Made by a program: the position numbers and the translations under genes. Of a stretch of 64,000 nucleotides of DNA, positions 8,728 to 17,760 are shown one piece after another. Position 1 is the stretch's first letter. Every line of letters begins with the position of its first letter. The stretch comes from Candidatus Poribacteria bacterium (GTDB taxonomy: Bacteria > Poribacteria > WGA-4E > PCPOR2b): the NCBI GenBank assembly GCA_965208675.1, contig OZ242351.1, positions 1,760,001 through 1,824,000 of the forward strand, given 5' to 3'. The notes under the pieces are model-generated. The model was given only the letters and a program-made list of their open reading frames with translations. It had not been told where the DNA came from and searched no databases.

Positions 8728-10474
8728 TGTACGCGCGCCGTCCGCCATCAAAAGAACTAAAGAGGAACAGGACATCTATCTCCGCGGTTTTGAAGATGTC
8801 CTCTTCTTTGCCAAGCACCACTTTCCCAATGTGTTTACGGTGGAGTGCGGTCCCCATGCGTCTCCTATTCTGAACTGCATTCCTTCCGGTGAGCGAGGAC
8901 GGCGCGTCAATATCATTGCGCCCAGAGGTTGCGGCAAAAGCACCTACATCGCCGTAATCTACGTGCTGTACTGCGTCTACTACAAAGACGAGTACGAACG
9001 GCGCGGCTTAATGCCCGATAGCTTCATCGTTATCCTGTGCGGTACCGAAGACCTCGCCACGGCACGGCTGGGCGACATCCGAGACAAAATCGAGGACGAT
9101 CCCAACTTCCGCCATCTCAAAGGAAACGGCAAGTGGAGTGCGGACCAGCTCGATACCGCAAACGGAGTATGCCTAATTCCCGTCGGACGGCACGGACGAA
9201 TCCGCGGCGAACTCAAGGATCTCGCAAGACCGACGCTAATTATCCTTGACGATGTCGAAGACAGCGAGGAAGTCCAAAACCCCCGTCTCCGCGATAAAAA
9301 CTGGAAATGGTTCAACGAAGATGTCATGCCTGCCGGCAGAATCGACGGCAAGACAAACTTCATCCACGTCGACACCGTAATGCACGAGGAAGCCATCTCT
9401 AAGCGTCTGCAACTTCTGCCCGACTGGCACACCTTGTTCTACCGTTCTATTGAACACCCCCGAGACCTCCGCCACCCGACCGCCGAGCCGTTATGGGAAG
9501 AGTGGGAGAAAATGTATGCGGACATGTCGATCGAAAAAGACGAGCGTGACCGCCGGGCAAACGCATTTCTTGAAGAACACAAGAATGAAATGCTGGATGG
9601 CGTCCAAGAACTCTGGCCGGAAATGCTCTCCTACACCTACATCCGGCGGCTCATCTGCAACGAAGGTTACATTTCCGTCATGCGCGAGCGTCAAAACTCG
9701 ACCCGCGACCCCTCAAAAGAAATCTTCAACATGGAAAAAGCCGTTCGCTTCAACATCACGCCCGACGGACTCTTGCGAAGCGACGGGCGGCTAGTCCTAT
9801 GGAGCGACATCGCTGGCGGTAAAGTTTTCCTCGACTGGGCTGGCGGAAAGGACGCTTACGATTCCTGCTACGCCGCCGGTGTGTTCGTCCTGTGGGAACC
9901 GCTGCCTCAAGCGAATATGAGGCAAAAGGGAGAACCGGTTGCCGCGCTCTCGAACACCCACGCCTACGTGCTTGACGTCTGGATGGACAAAGTCCCCGTC
10001 ACGGCCCAGCTCGAGGAGACATTTAAACTCATAAAACGCTGTGTCAGCGCTGTGCCGGCCATTCGATTCGATTCCATCCTGCTCGCAGTCGAGGACATTC
10101 CGAAAGACACCGGCAACGCGTTACACACCATGATTTCGCGGGCTTTTAAGGGGGCGCGGGAAAAATACGGCATGAACTCGTTAGTCCGCCTCAAATTCCA
10201 CAAACGAAGTGTCAGGAAGTTGGACCGCATCGCCGCGTTGGAACCGCCTATCGCCAACGGTTGGCTCGTCTTCAATGAGACACTGCCAGAAGTATTTATG
10301 TGCCAGATGCGGCAATTCCCGACCGGCGATTTCTGCGACGGCCCCGATGCCCTGCAAGGCGCGACTGAGTTGCCCATCACGCGCTTCCCCGCTGACAAAC
10401 TGCCGCACGGAATGCCGATGCCGTTCGACGACGATCCGGACGCGTCGATGCACGTTATAAGGAGTTATCTATGA
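8660..10474 (+). CDS. terL: Phage terminase large subunit
   Basis: Walker A APRGCGKST, GRIRG, Walker B RPTLIILDDVED; RNase H-like nuclease residues FLDWAG, AVED, FPTGDFCDGPDAL. Confidence 0.88.
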   Translation: MERRSRIRGNRSRFLKIHRAYHSVRAPSAIKRTKEEQDIYLRGFEDVLFFAKHHFPNVFTVECGPHASPILNCIPSGERGRRVNIIAPRGCGKSTYIAVIYVLYCVYYKDEYERRGLMPDSFIVILCGTEDLATARLGDIRDKIEDDPNFRHLKGNGKWSADQLDTANGVCLIPVGRHGRIRGELKDLARPTLIILDDVEDSEEVQNPRLRDKNWKWFNEDVMPAGRIDGKTNFIHVDTVMHEEAISKRLQLLPDWHTLFYRSIEHPRDLRHPTAEPLWEEWEKMYADMSIEKDERDRRANAFLEEHKNEMLDGVQELWPEMLSYTYIRRLICNEGYISVMRERQNSTRDPSKEIFNMEKAVRFNITPDGLLRSDGRLVLWSDIAGGKVFLDWAGGKDAYDSCYAAGVFVLWEPLPQANMRQKGEPVAALSNTHAYVLDVWMDKVPVTAQLEETFKLIKRCVSAVPAIRFDSILLAVEDIPKDTGNALHTMISRAFKGAREKYGMNSLVRLKFHKRSVRKLDRIAALEPPIANGWLVFNETLPEVFMCQMRQFPTGDFCDGPDALQGATELPITRFPADKLPHGMPMPFDDDPDASMHVIRSYL

Positions 10475-10779
10475 TGACTGAATTAACCAACATGTTAGGG
10501 GCTTCAAAAATGAGCATTCTCAACTTATTTTTTCTGGCGCACAACAATGCTCAACGTCCCGAACCCGCTCCCTGTCTAGCGTCGCGCCCATTTTCGCTTA
10601 TTTTCCTATGTCCCAAATACTCAAAAAATAAGCAAATCAAAAATCCCAAATCTACCCCCTCAACCCAACCTACAAGACCCGCAAAAAATCCTCCCCCTTG
10701 CCAAGTTGGAGGAAACATTTTAACCTCCCCCCTTTATAAGGGGGGATTGAGGGGGGTGGATTTTTGTCAGGAAGATTAA
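10471..10779 (+). pseudogene. Translationally coupled ORF start after terL that decays into repeats
   Basis: SD TAAGGAG at 10458-10464; ATGA overlap with the terL stop; 3' half is made of REP sequence. Confidence 0.35.
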
Positions 10780-10860
10780 TTGAGCGAATAGCGAAGGATC
10801 AACCGACCGCATAGGGAGGGATCAACTGCGAGAATAGCGAAGACGATAGTTTTTTGTTTG

Positions 10861-11189
10861 AAACCGAGTTTTTTCTTCAAAACGCGGTTTCTTAAACACA
10901 ATGTTTATGCGCTGTTTTAATCATAGCCCGTCATTTAATCACATGAATCACAGTTCAGACAGTCGCGATTCGGAAATCGCTCCTACAGGGGGGGTGGATT
11001 TTTGTCAGGAGGGATCGACCGGCCGATTAAATAGGGCGATAGTCTTGTTTCTTTTATTTCAAACCGAGTTTTTTCTTCAAAACTCGGTTTCTTTAACACA
11101 ATGTTTATGCACTGTTTTAATCATAGCCCATCATTTAATCATGCGAATCACAGTTCAGACAGTCGCGATTCGGAAATCGCTCCTACAGG
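10861..11189 (+). repeat. Direct duplication (~130-bp near-identical block, 200-bp period) of repeat modules
   Basis: 10861-10989 vs 11061-11189; contains AAACCGAGTTTT..AAAAC.CGGTTT hairpin, TCAGAC module and GTAG REP. Confidence 0.9.
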
Positions 11190-11251
11190 AAAGGGTTGGT
11201 TGCGGTACGATGAAATTCCGATTCCCGACTCCAAAAACATCAAATTTTGTA

Positions 11252-11280
11252 TTGACACATGTCAAATCATCTTGTATTAT
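11252..11280 (+). promoter_or_regulatory. Sigma70-type promoter with inverted repeat over the -35 box
   Basis: TTGACA-N17-TATTAT; TTGACA-CA-TGTCAA inverted repeat at 11252-11265. Confidence 0.75.
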
Positions 11281-11380
11281 ATTAAGTAAATATGGATAAA
11301 GTATTCAGTGGATGGTCAAAAAATTCTGCTCTCCACTGACCAATAATCACTAACCACTGTTTCAATACGGAGAATGTTGC

Positions 11381-11983
11381 ATGTTTAGGATTCAAAATTG
11401 GAAGCAAGCACTCGGTTTAATGGCGCTGGGAAGTGTGTTCACCTTTGTCGGGATGCTGCTGTCTCCAGTCACAGCGCAACGGGATAAGTACGGTGAGATC
11501 GAGTGTACTAAATTAACCATTGTCGATTCCAAAGGAAACGAACGAGTCTTATTGACAAACGAAGGATTCATCAAAATCGAAAATGAAAACGGTACTGTTT
11601 CCTCCATTCGCGGTGGCGACATCCGAACATATTATCTAACGATTGAACAAAATGGTATGCCAATCGCCCGATTAGGACGCGACGACAAAAATTTCGTCGC
11701 CGGAAAATTTACCATTAACAATACACTTGGAGATGAATTGGTGCGTATTGGTCCTTCCCAATATTCTTATAACGCCGGGCACATAACAATTCATGAACAC
11801 GGTATGTCAACGGATAGGCGTGAAGCCAAAACGTTAGATTTCGACGCCGGTAACAGATTAAATCAAATTACCATGACAAAGAAAAACACTCCCAACCAGC
11901 CAATTGTGTCATTGTCAATTCAGGAGTTCGGTACCTCTAAAACCGGTATAGTTCAAGCCGATGAATTTAGGAAAAACCGCTAA
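11381..11983 (+). CDS. Secreted/membrane-anchored beta-rich protein, paralog of 4523-5161
   Basis: N-terminal TM then AQRDKYGEIECTKLTIVD; RBS GGAG. Confidence 0.8.
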   Translation: MFRIQNWKQALGLMALGSVFTFVGMLLSPVTAQRDKYGEIECTKLTIVDSKGNERVLLTNEGFIKIENENGTVSSIRGGDIRTYYLTIEQNGMPIARLGRDDKNFVAGKFTINNTLGDELVRIGPSQYSYNAGHITIHEHGMSTDRREAKTLDFDAGNRLNQITMTKKNTPNQPIVSLSIQEFGTSKTGIVQADEFRKNR

Positions 11984-11994
11984 TTCCAATCTAA

Positions 11995-12507
11995 ATGGAG
12001 AATATTCTAATGAAAAAAGGAATGACCGTTGCAAGCGTCGTTTTTGTATCAGTCTTATTCTTCGCGCTGTCTAGTCCCACGTCCAACGAAAAAATTATCT
12101 TTGTCGGTATCCCTAAGATGAAGGTAATCACCACTCCTCCCTCCAAAACCGACCCTATAGAAACATTAACACCAAGAAAACTCAAGGATTCTGAGTCCCC
12201 AGGATATCTTTGCGTTATCAGTAAAATCGGCGACAAATATTATCACAAAAGCAGAGCGGGCAAAGAATTGTTAATGAGTCGAAGTGGCGCGTTTATCACC
12301 TTTAACCGTGCTGACGGACAGCCCGACTATGTCCGATTATGGGATACGACCTTTCCCATAGCCCCCAACCGCGAATCTGACAGATTCCAATACGTTGAAG
12401 TAATCACACAGTTTTTAAGTTCTATTACCTATTGGGGAGAGATTACCGATCCGCCTGACTTCCGCTTATGGAAGTCGTCCATCCCTCAAGGCAACGACTG
12501 GAAATAA
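11995..12507 (+). CDS. Hypothetical exported protein
   Basis: N-terminal signal-like segment; co-oriented and closely spaced with its neighbours. Confidence 0.7.
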   Translation: MENILMKKGMTVASVVFVSVLFFALSSPTSNEKIIFVGIPKMKVITTPPSKTDPIETLTPRKLKDSESPGYLCVISKIGDKYYHKSRAGKELLMSRSGAFITFNRADGQPDYVRLWDTTFPIAPNRESDRFQYVEVITQFLSSITYWGEITDPPDFRLWKSSIPQGNDWK

Positions 12508-12535
12508 AACGCCAGTCGCCGTCGGGTGAAAGAAA

Positions 12536-12901
12536 ATGTCAGATGTAGAGACTTTGCTGCATAAATTGCGAGATTTAACTATAGACGCTGAGCGTGGAGT
12601 TACGGCTCTCCAAGAAAAATTGGAAGACCTATTGAAACAACTTCGGCAGGAATACAAGCAGGGCAAGCTTTCAGACGACATTGTTGAGGAAATAAAATCC
12701 CGCAAGGCTCAAATCCTAGAAATAAATCGGAAGATACATGAAGGTAAATTGAAACCGGAATACAAGCCGAATGCCAACAACAACCTAACTTACTGCCCTA
12801 GGTGTGATTCTAAGGCGCTTAAAGTTTCATATGGGAAATACGGAAAGCAATGGCGAAACTGTTCTGTCTGTGGAAACAGTAATAGAATTGATTTTTTCTA
12901 G
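12536..12901 (+). CDS. Hypothetical coiled-coil protein with C-terminal Zn-ribbon
   Basis: Heptad-rich N-terminus; CPRC...CSVC. Confidence 0.7.
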   Translation: MSDVETLLHKLRDLTIDAERGVTALQEKLEDLLKQLRQEYKQGKLSDDIVEEIKSRKAQILEINRKIHEGKLKPEYKPNANNNLTYCPRCDSKALKVSYGKYGKQWRNCSVCGNSNRIDFF

Positions 12902-13079
12902 AGATTACAAAATGACGTATGCTTCTCTGAAACGAAATCAATCAAATCCTTATAGATGCCGATGCAAACATTTCCTCTCAACAACTTCTTGTGTGTTAGG
13001 ATTAACTGAAAGGATTGCTCGGGATCATCCCAATGTATAGTGAGGGCGATAGTTTTTCGCTATTCCCCACGGCAAAATG

Positions 13080-13181
13080 CGTTGGGTTACGCTCCGCGCC
13101 TCGACTTTTGTGCGTCGTTTGGCTCCAGGAGCGAACGTAAAATTGTGCATCAATTCATACAATCCGCTCAACCCAACCTAC
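13080..13181 (-). repeat. REP-like arm with 68-nt expanded loop
   Basis: CGTTGGGTTACGC ... CCGCTCAACCCAACCTAC. Confidence 0.85.
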
Positions 13182-13193
13182 AAAAACTACTGA

Positions 13194-13421
13194 CTGGATT
13201 ATCGCGAGGATTTCGGAAACACCACAGCGGATGCAATCTACGCTCAACGGATTGACCCAAACGGCAAATCCCTATGGCCGCTCAACGGCATTCCAATCTG
13301 TACGGCTGATGGGAATCAAATTACGCCGCAAGCCAGCTCCGACGGTAAGGTCGGTGCTTTCATCATTTGGAGCGACGGCCGAACCGATGAACCAGATATT
13401 TACATCCATCGCGCACCGTAA
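13194..13421 (+). pseudogene. 3' remnant of a beta-propeller-type repeat protein (not in the ORF track)
   Basis: Start-less frame LDYREDFGNTTADAIYAQRIDPNGKSLWPLNGIPICTADGNQITPQASSDGKVGAFIIWSDGRTDEPDIYIHRAP*. Confidence 0.75.
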
Positions 13422-13683
13422 GCATTGAAAGTATTCTATGACTAGATTGCCGGCAGCATTCGATTTAGTTTTAGCCGCTTTAATCAGCCAGAGGATGTGG
13501 AAATCATTGTGGAGAGTATGAGACAGATTCGAGGGTTGGGCTAGCCCAAACTTCCAATACCTTGCTAAATCGCTGTGGATTTACAAGCTGAAGTTGGGGT
13601 TATGGTGGGTAAGAATTCGCTTTCGCAGGCGTTTGCTGGCAACGATAAAGCCTACGAAGTTAGAACCACATTCCGATTACCCG

Positions 13684-15243
13684 CTAAATCAATAAGTCGT
13701 CGCCGATTGGAAAGAACTGGTCGGCGGCGCGAAGCAGATCCATTGATGTATTATGTTCAAAGGCTACAATCTCTATACGCTTCTGCTGTTGCTTTATGGT
13801 TTCAGCAAGTGCGCAAAAATCCCCATCGCCGCTCGCCAGAATGACGACATCCAGAGCGTCCAGCCTTGAAACCACGTCTATCGTGATCCCAACGTCCCAA
13901 TCCCCCTTTGCCGATCCATCCCCGCGCAGCCGCAAATCCTTACTCTTTATGGTATACCCGTTGTGTTCCAGCAGCGACAAGAAACCCGCTTGGTTAATTT
14001 CAGGGATTTGGACGACATACGCATACGCCAAAACCAGTTTTCGGGGACCAACTATGAGGTCGAGAAGCTTAATGTAATCCAGGCGTCCGGCGTACCGGTC
14101 TTTTGCTGCATAGAACATGTTCTGTACATCAACAAAAACCCCGACGGCAGGTTGGTTCTCCGCTATACGCGTACGGGTTCCGCCGCCAATCGCCTGTCTG
14201 TCAACGAAATTGTTTGAGATCCTTTCCTCTTCGTGCGTTATTACGACTCTCGAATTCCTGTGACTCTCCCGCAAATTGGCAAGATTAGCTTGGGGATCCG
14301 AGCGATTCCGACCGATAATTTCCAGACTCCGGTATGCCGCTTTTTCAACGGATTTTAGTTCCAGCGCAAGCTGCGTTCTCTCTGCCTTAAGTTGATGGAG
14401 GTCGCCAAGCTGATTAGAAAGGTTCTGGACATCTTCTCGAAGCGTTATATTTTCATGCTCTAGCTGCTCGCAACGGGATTCAATTTCCTCGTATTGATGC
14501 TGTTCGTGATCCTTTAATTGGCTGATTTCGCCGGCTAACTCTTGGAGTTGTTGTTTAAGTTCACTATTTTCGTGTTGCGACGCCGCCTGTTCACGCTGAA
14601 ATTCATGAATAGTTTGGTGGAGTTCATCAATCTTTGCATTTTGCTCAGAAATCTGGTTTAAGTCAGGCTTAGCAACCGGACTCGTTACCAAAGCCGCGCT
14701 GGCGGCTTCGTCACCTACATCGCGGCTAGACTGGGCATTCTCGACGTCCATATCCGACGCCTCGGCCTCAGATTCTGCCGGTAAGCTGCGAGAATCTACA
14801 TTTTGGCTAGCTTCGTTAGAAAAAGCCTGGGACTGAAGGTGTTGATCGTGCTGCGCAAGCAGCGTGACGCCGTGCTGTTGCACAGCGTCACGCGGATTAA
14901 TCAACAACGCCCAGATCATTGGGCCGAATTCCCCATCGTCCAAGAGCTGCGCCGCGTCTCTCAAGTAAAGCCGTATCTCTTCGACGTTCATGTACTCTAC
15001 CCGGCGCGCTGCGTGTTCCGCCTTTTTTACAAGCGACCAACTCACCAACTTTTCAATTATGGCTTTATCAAAGAATTCCGCCGCTAATGTTTTCGAAAGG
15101 GAATGCAATTCCTCCGATTCACTATGGATACCACATTGCTCTGCCAACGTCGTAATTTCTTGTCCGCTGAAGCAGTCATCAAGAATCCAAGCTAGATGAT
15201 GTGCGGGAATACGTACATTCACCTTTGGATAATCCTGAAACAT
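13684..15243 (-). CDS. NYN (LabA/DUF88) domain protein with N-terminal extension and coiled coil
   Basis: VFVDVQNMFY, KGDWDVG, LASGDGDF motifs. Confidence 0.88.
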   Translation of the reverse strand: MFQDYPKVNVRIPAHHLAWILDDCFSGQEITTLAEQCGIHSESEELHSLSKTLAAEFFDKAIIEKLVSWSLVKKAEHAARRVEYMNVEEIRLYLRDAAQLLDDGEFGPMIWALLINPRDAVQQHGVTLLAQHDQHLQSQAFSNEASQNVDSRSLPAESEAEASDMDVENAQSSRDVGDEAASAALVTSPVAKPDLNQISEQNAKIDELHQTIHEFQREQAASQHENSELKQQLQELAGEISQLKDHEQHQYEEIESRCEQLEHENITLREDVQNLSNQLGDLHQLKAERTQLALELKSVEKAAYRSLEIIGRNRSDPQANLANLRESHRNSRVVITHEEERISNNFVDRQAIGGGTRTRIAENQPAVGVFVDVQNMFYAAKDRYAGRLDYIKLLDLIVGPRKLVLAYAYVVQIPEINQAGFLSLLEHNGYTIKSKDLRLRGDGSAKGDWDVGITIDVVSRLDALDVVILASGDGDFCALAETIKQQQKRIEIVAFEHNTSMDLLRAADQFFPIGDDLLI

Positions 15244-15346
15244 GGCTAATCTCCAAAATGTGAGGGGTTAGTTGTAATCATTAATCCACAAGGAAAACAG
15301 AAGGGATTCAGAAAATGATTGATTCTGATAATCTTTTTCATAAAGC

Positions 15347-15769
15347 CTACGCAGATCTCTGCACTCTTGCTGATAACCTCGCACCAATCCACGCCATAGG
15401 CAAATAGGCGCCTACTAAGTCCACAACGACAAACCAAACGGGAGACGGCAGCATCAATGCATTGATACTGCCTAATATCAGAAATAAAACGCCAATCACC
15501 AACGCCATTGTCATCTTGGAAGCAGCAGCTATGATTACTGCGGCAAAAGCGCCGACCAGTGTTCCCAAAGCGTGTGCTACGAACGGGACAATGAAGTGTT
15601 TAAATTCAAAGAGATGCATGCCGGACTTGATGGATTCGACATCTCTCACATCAATACCCGCAGGGGGCGGGATGATTTCGGCGCCCACTATGACCAGTCC
15701 CATATTTACAGCGCTACCTGCGGCGAGGCCTGCAATGACGGCTAGCGCGTTTCTGATTATTGGATTCAT
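15347..15769 (-). CDS. Small integral membrane protein
   Basis: About four hydrophobic segments; PFVAHALGTLVGA. Confidence 0.8.
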   Translation of the reverse strand: MNPIIRNALAVIAGLAAGSAVNMGLVIVGAEIIPPPAGIDVRDVESIKSGMHLFEFKHFIVPFVAHALGTLVGAFAAVIIAAASKMTMALVIGVLFLILGSINALMLPSPVWFVVVDLVGAYLPMAWIGARLSARVQRSA

Positions 15770-15822
15770 AATCGTTACTTCTTAACGCCTTTCGCTCGAG
15801 AAACGGAGAAAATCAGCGAACG

Positions 15823-17139
15823 TTAAATCTTGATTATTTTATCTCGATGATTATCGACTGATTTTGTTGCATTTCGCGAATCTACAACCACATCAGCACA
15901 TTCGACAAGCCAATCGTAATTGATGCTTGAATGATCTGTCATAATCGCGACGCAATCCACCTGACTAATGAGTTCGACGGTCAACTCCTGAGACACATAG
16001 CGGTCCGGAAGATTATCCCCTGTGCTTCCTACGTGAAATTCCGGAACGTAAGGATCGTGATATAGAATTTCACCGCCGCGGCCGGTGAGCAGACGGACCA
16101 AATCAATAGCCGGGGATTCCCGAATGTCTCCCACGTCCTTTTTGTATGCGACACCGATAATCAAAATTTTTGAGCCGTTTACTGCCTTTCGTTGGCGATT
16201 AAGTGCATCAATAACTTTGTCCAACACATATTCTGGCATTGAACTGTTAATTTCGCTGGCAAGTTCAATAAACCGGGCGTAAAACTCATAAGTCTTCGCC
16301 TTCCACGAGAGATGCAACGGATCGACTGGGAGGCAGTGTCCGCCCAAACCGGGTCCGGGGTAAAACGGCATAAATCCAAACGGTTTTGTCGCCGCCGCGT
16401 CAACGATTTCCCAAACATCCAGATTCATACGGTCGCACATCAACGCCATTTCATTCACTAGGCCAATATTGACACTGCGAAACGTATTTTCTAGCAGTTT
16501 GACCATTTCCGCTGTCCTCGTCGAGGAAACCGGATGTACCTCGTTAATAAACTCTTCATAAAAACGCTGCGCAATATTTGTACAAGCGGGGGTTATCCCG
16601 CCGACAATCTTCGGCGTGTTGACCGTCGTGTAGGTTTTATTGCCGGGATCAATCCGCTCGGGAGAAAATGCGAGGAAAAAATCTCGGCCGACCTTTAAGC
16701 CGGTTGACTCAAGCTTTGGCAGGACAACTTCCTCCGTTGTACCGGGATAGGTCGTACTTTCTAGTATTATCAACTGATCTTTATGCAAATACTGCGCAGC
16801 GCGCTCCACCGCTGAAAGAATGAAACTCATGTCCGGATCTTTACTCTTGCGCAACGGCGTCGGAACGCAAATATTGACCGTATCCAAATCTTTCAACGCC
16901 CGATAATCCGTTGTGGCTTGAATCTGCCCACGTTCGACCAAAGGCGCGACGTTCTCTGAAGGCACATCCGGAACGTAGGAAATCCCCTGCTGAATTCGCA
17001 CAACTTTACTGCTGGATGAATCAATCCCCGTCACGGAAAAGCCCGCTTTCGCGATCGCAACCGCGAGCGGCAGACCGACATAGCCAAGTCCGATTACACC
17101 GGCGCGAAGTGTTCGAGCCTCAATCTTTTGTCGAATCAT
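15823..17139 (-). CDS. UDP-N-acetyl-hexosamine/UDP-glucose dehydrogenase family
   Basis: GLGYVG, CVPTP, ESTTYPGTT, KLLENTFR, GGHCLP. Confidence 0.95.
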   Translation of the reverse strand: MIRQKIEARTLRAGVIGLGYVGLPLAVAIAKAGFSVTGIDSSSSKVVRIQQGISYVPDVPSENVAPLVERGQIQATTDYRALKDLDTVNICVPTPLRKSKDPDMSFILSAVERAAQYLHKDQLIILESTTYPGTTEEVVLPKLESTGLKVGRDFFLAFSPERIDPGNKTYTTVNTPKIVGGITPACTNIAQRFYEEFINEVHPVSSTRTAEMVKLLENTFRSVNIGLVNEMALMCDRMNLDVWEIVDAAATKPFGFMPFYPGPGLGGHCLPVDPLHLSWKAKTYEFYARFIELASEINSSMPEYVLDKVIDALNRQRKAVNGSKILIIGVAYKKDVGDIRESPAIDLVRLLTGRGGEILYHDPYVPEFHVGSTGDNLPDRYVSQELTVELISQVDCVAIMTDHSSINYDWLVECADVVVDSRNATKSVDNHRDKIIKI

Positions 17140-17193
17140 ATGCCGTTGAATAAGTTATGTATTGAAAGGCAGTTAAGGATTAGTCATGAATGT

Positions 17194-17760
17194 TCAATCG
17201 GAGTCATTGAGTATCCATAACGCCGCCCGATATAGGTCGGTGAAAATCTTTGCCGCACGTAAATTGTCGTGAGAACCGGGATTGTGAGTCTGTTTATCAT
17301 CGACTTGCGAGTAGTTTCCCGTCAATACAAAAACGGATTGGCATCCAACTTGTTGACCTGCCGCGATGTCCCTTATCGAATCCCCAACGAGGTAAGACCG
17401 CGGCAAGTCAATTCCGTGCTCGTGTGCCGCTTGGATTAGTAACCCCGGCTTGGGTTTTCGGCAACTGCACCCTTCGTCCGCCCGATGAGGACAGTGGTAA
17501 ATTGCGTGAATACGACCTCCAGCCCCCTCAATTTCCGTCATCATCCGCTGGTGAATTTCGCCAAGCGTGCGTGGAGCAACGATGCCTTTGTTGATGCAGG
17601 ACTGGTTTGTGACGACAATAAGACGGTGTCCGGCATCCGTGAGACGCTGAATTGCTCTTAGCGAATTCGGGATGAATTCAAATTCGTCCCAACTTTTGAC
17701 ATAGTCATTTTTGCGATTGTGATTGATTACCCCATCTCGATCAAGAAAGACGGTCTTCAC
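17194..17760 (-). CDS. gmhB: D-glycero-D-manno-heptose 1,7-bisphosphate phosphatase
   Basis: FLDRDGVIN, TNQS, CPH...C.CRKP, GDS; GTG start at 17760 with GGAGG RBS. Confidence 0.92.
   Translation of the reverse strand: MKTVFLDRDGVINHNRKNDYVKSWDEFEFIPNSLRAIQRLTDAGHRLIVVTNQSCINKGIVAPRTLGEIHQRMMTEIEGAGGRIHAIYHCPHRADEGCSCRKPKPGLLIQAAHEHGIDLPRSYLVGDSIRDIAAGQQVGCQSVFVLTGNYSQVDDKQTHNPGSHDNLRAAKIFTDLYRAALWILNDSD

Noticed and set aside
10901-11299. 132-aa and 62-aa ORFs with duplicated peptide
   Set aside because: They are translations of the 200-bp-period non-coding repeat duplication
8194-13000. Intact prophage
   Set aside because: Only terminase genes are recognisable; no portal, capsid, tail, integrase or att pair
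13430-13683. Possible ncRNA in the gap next to the NYN gene
   Set aside because: No tRNA, tmRNA, RNase P or SRP hallmark recognised by eye
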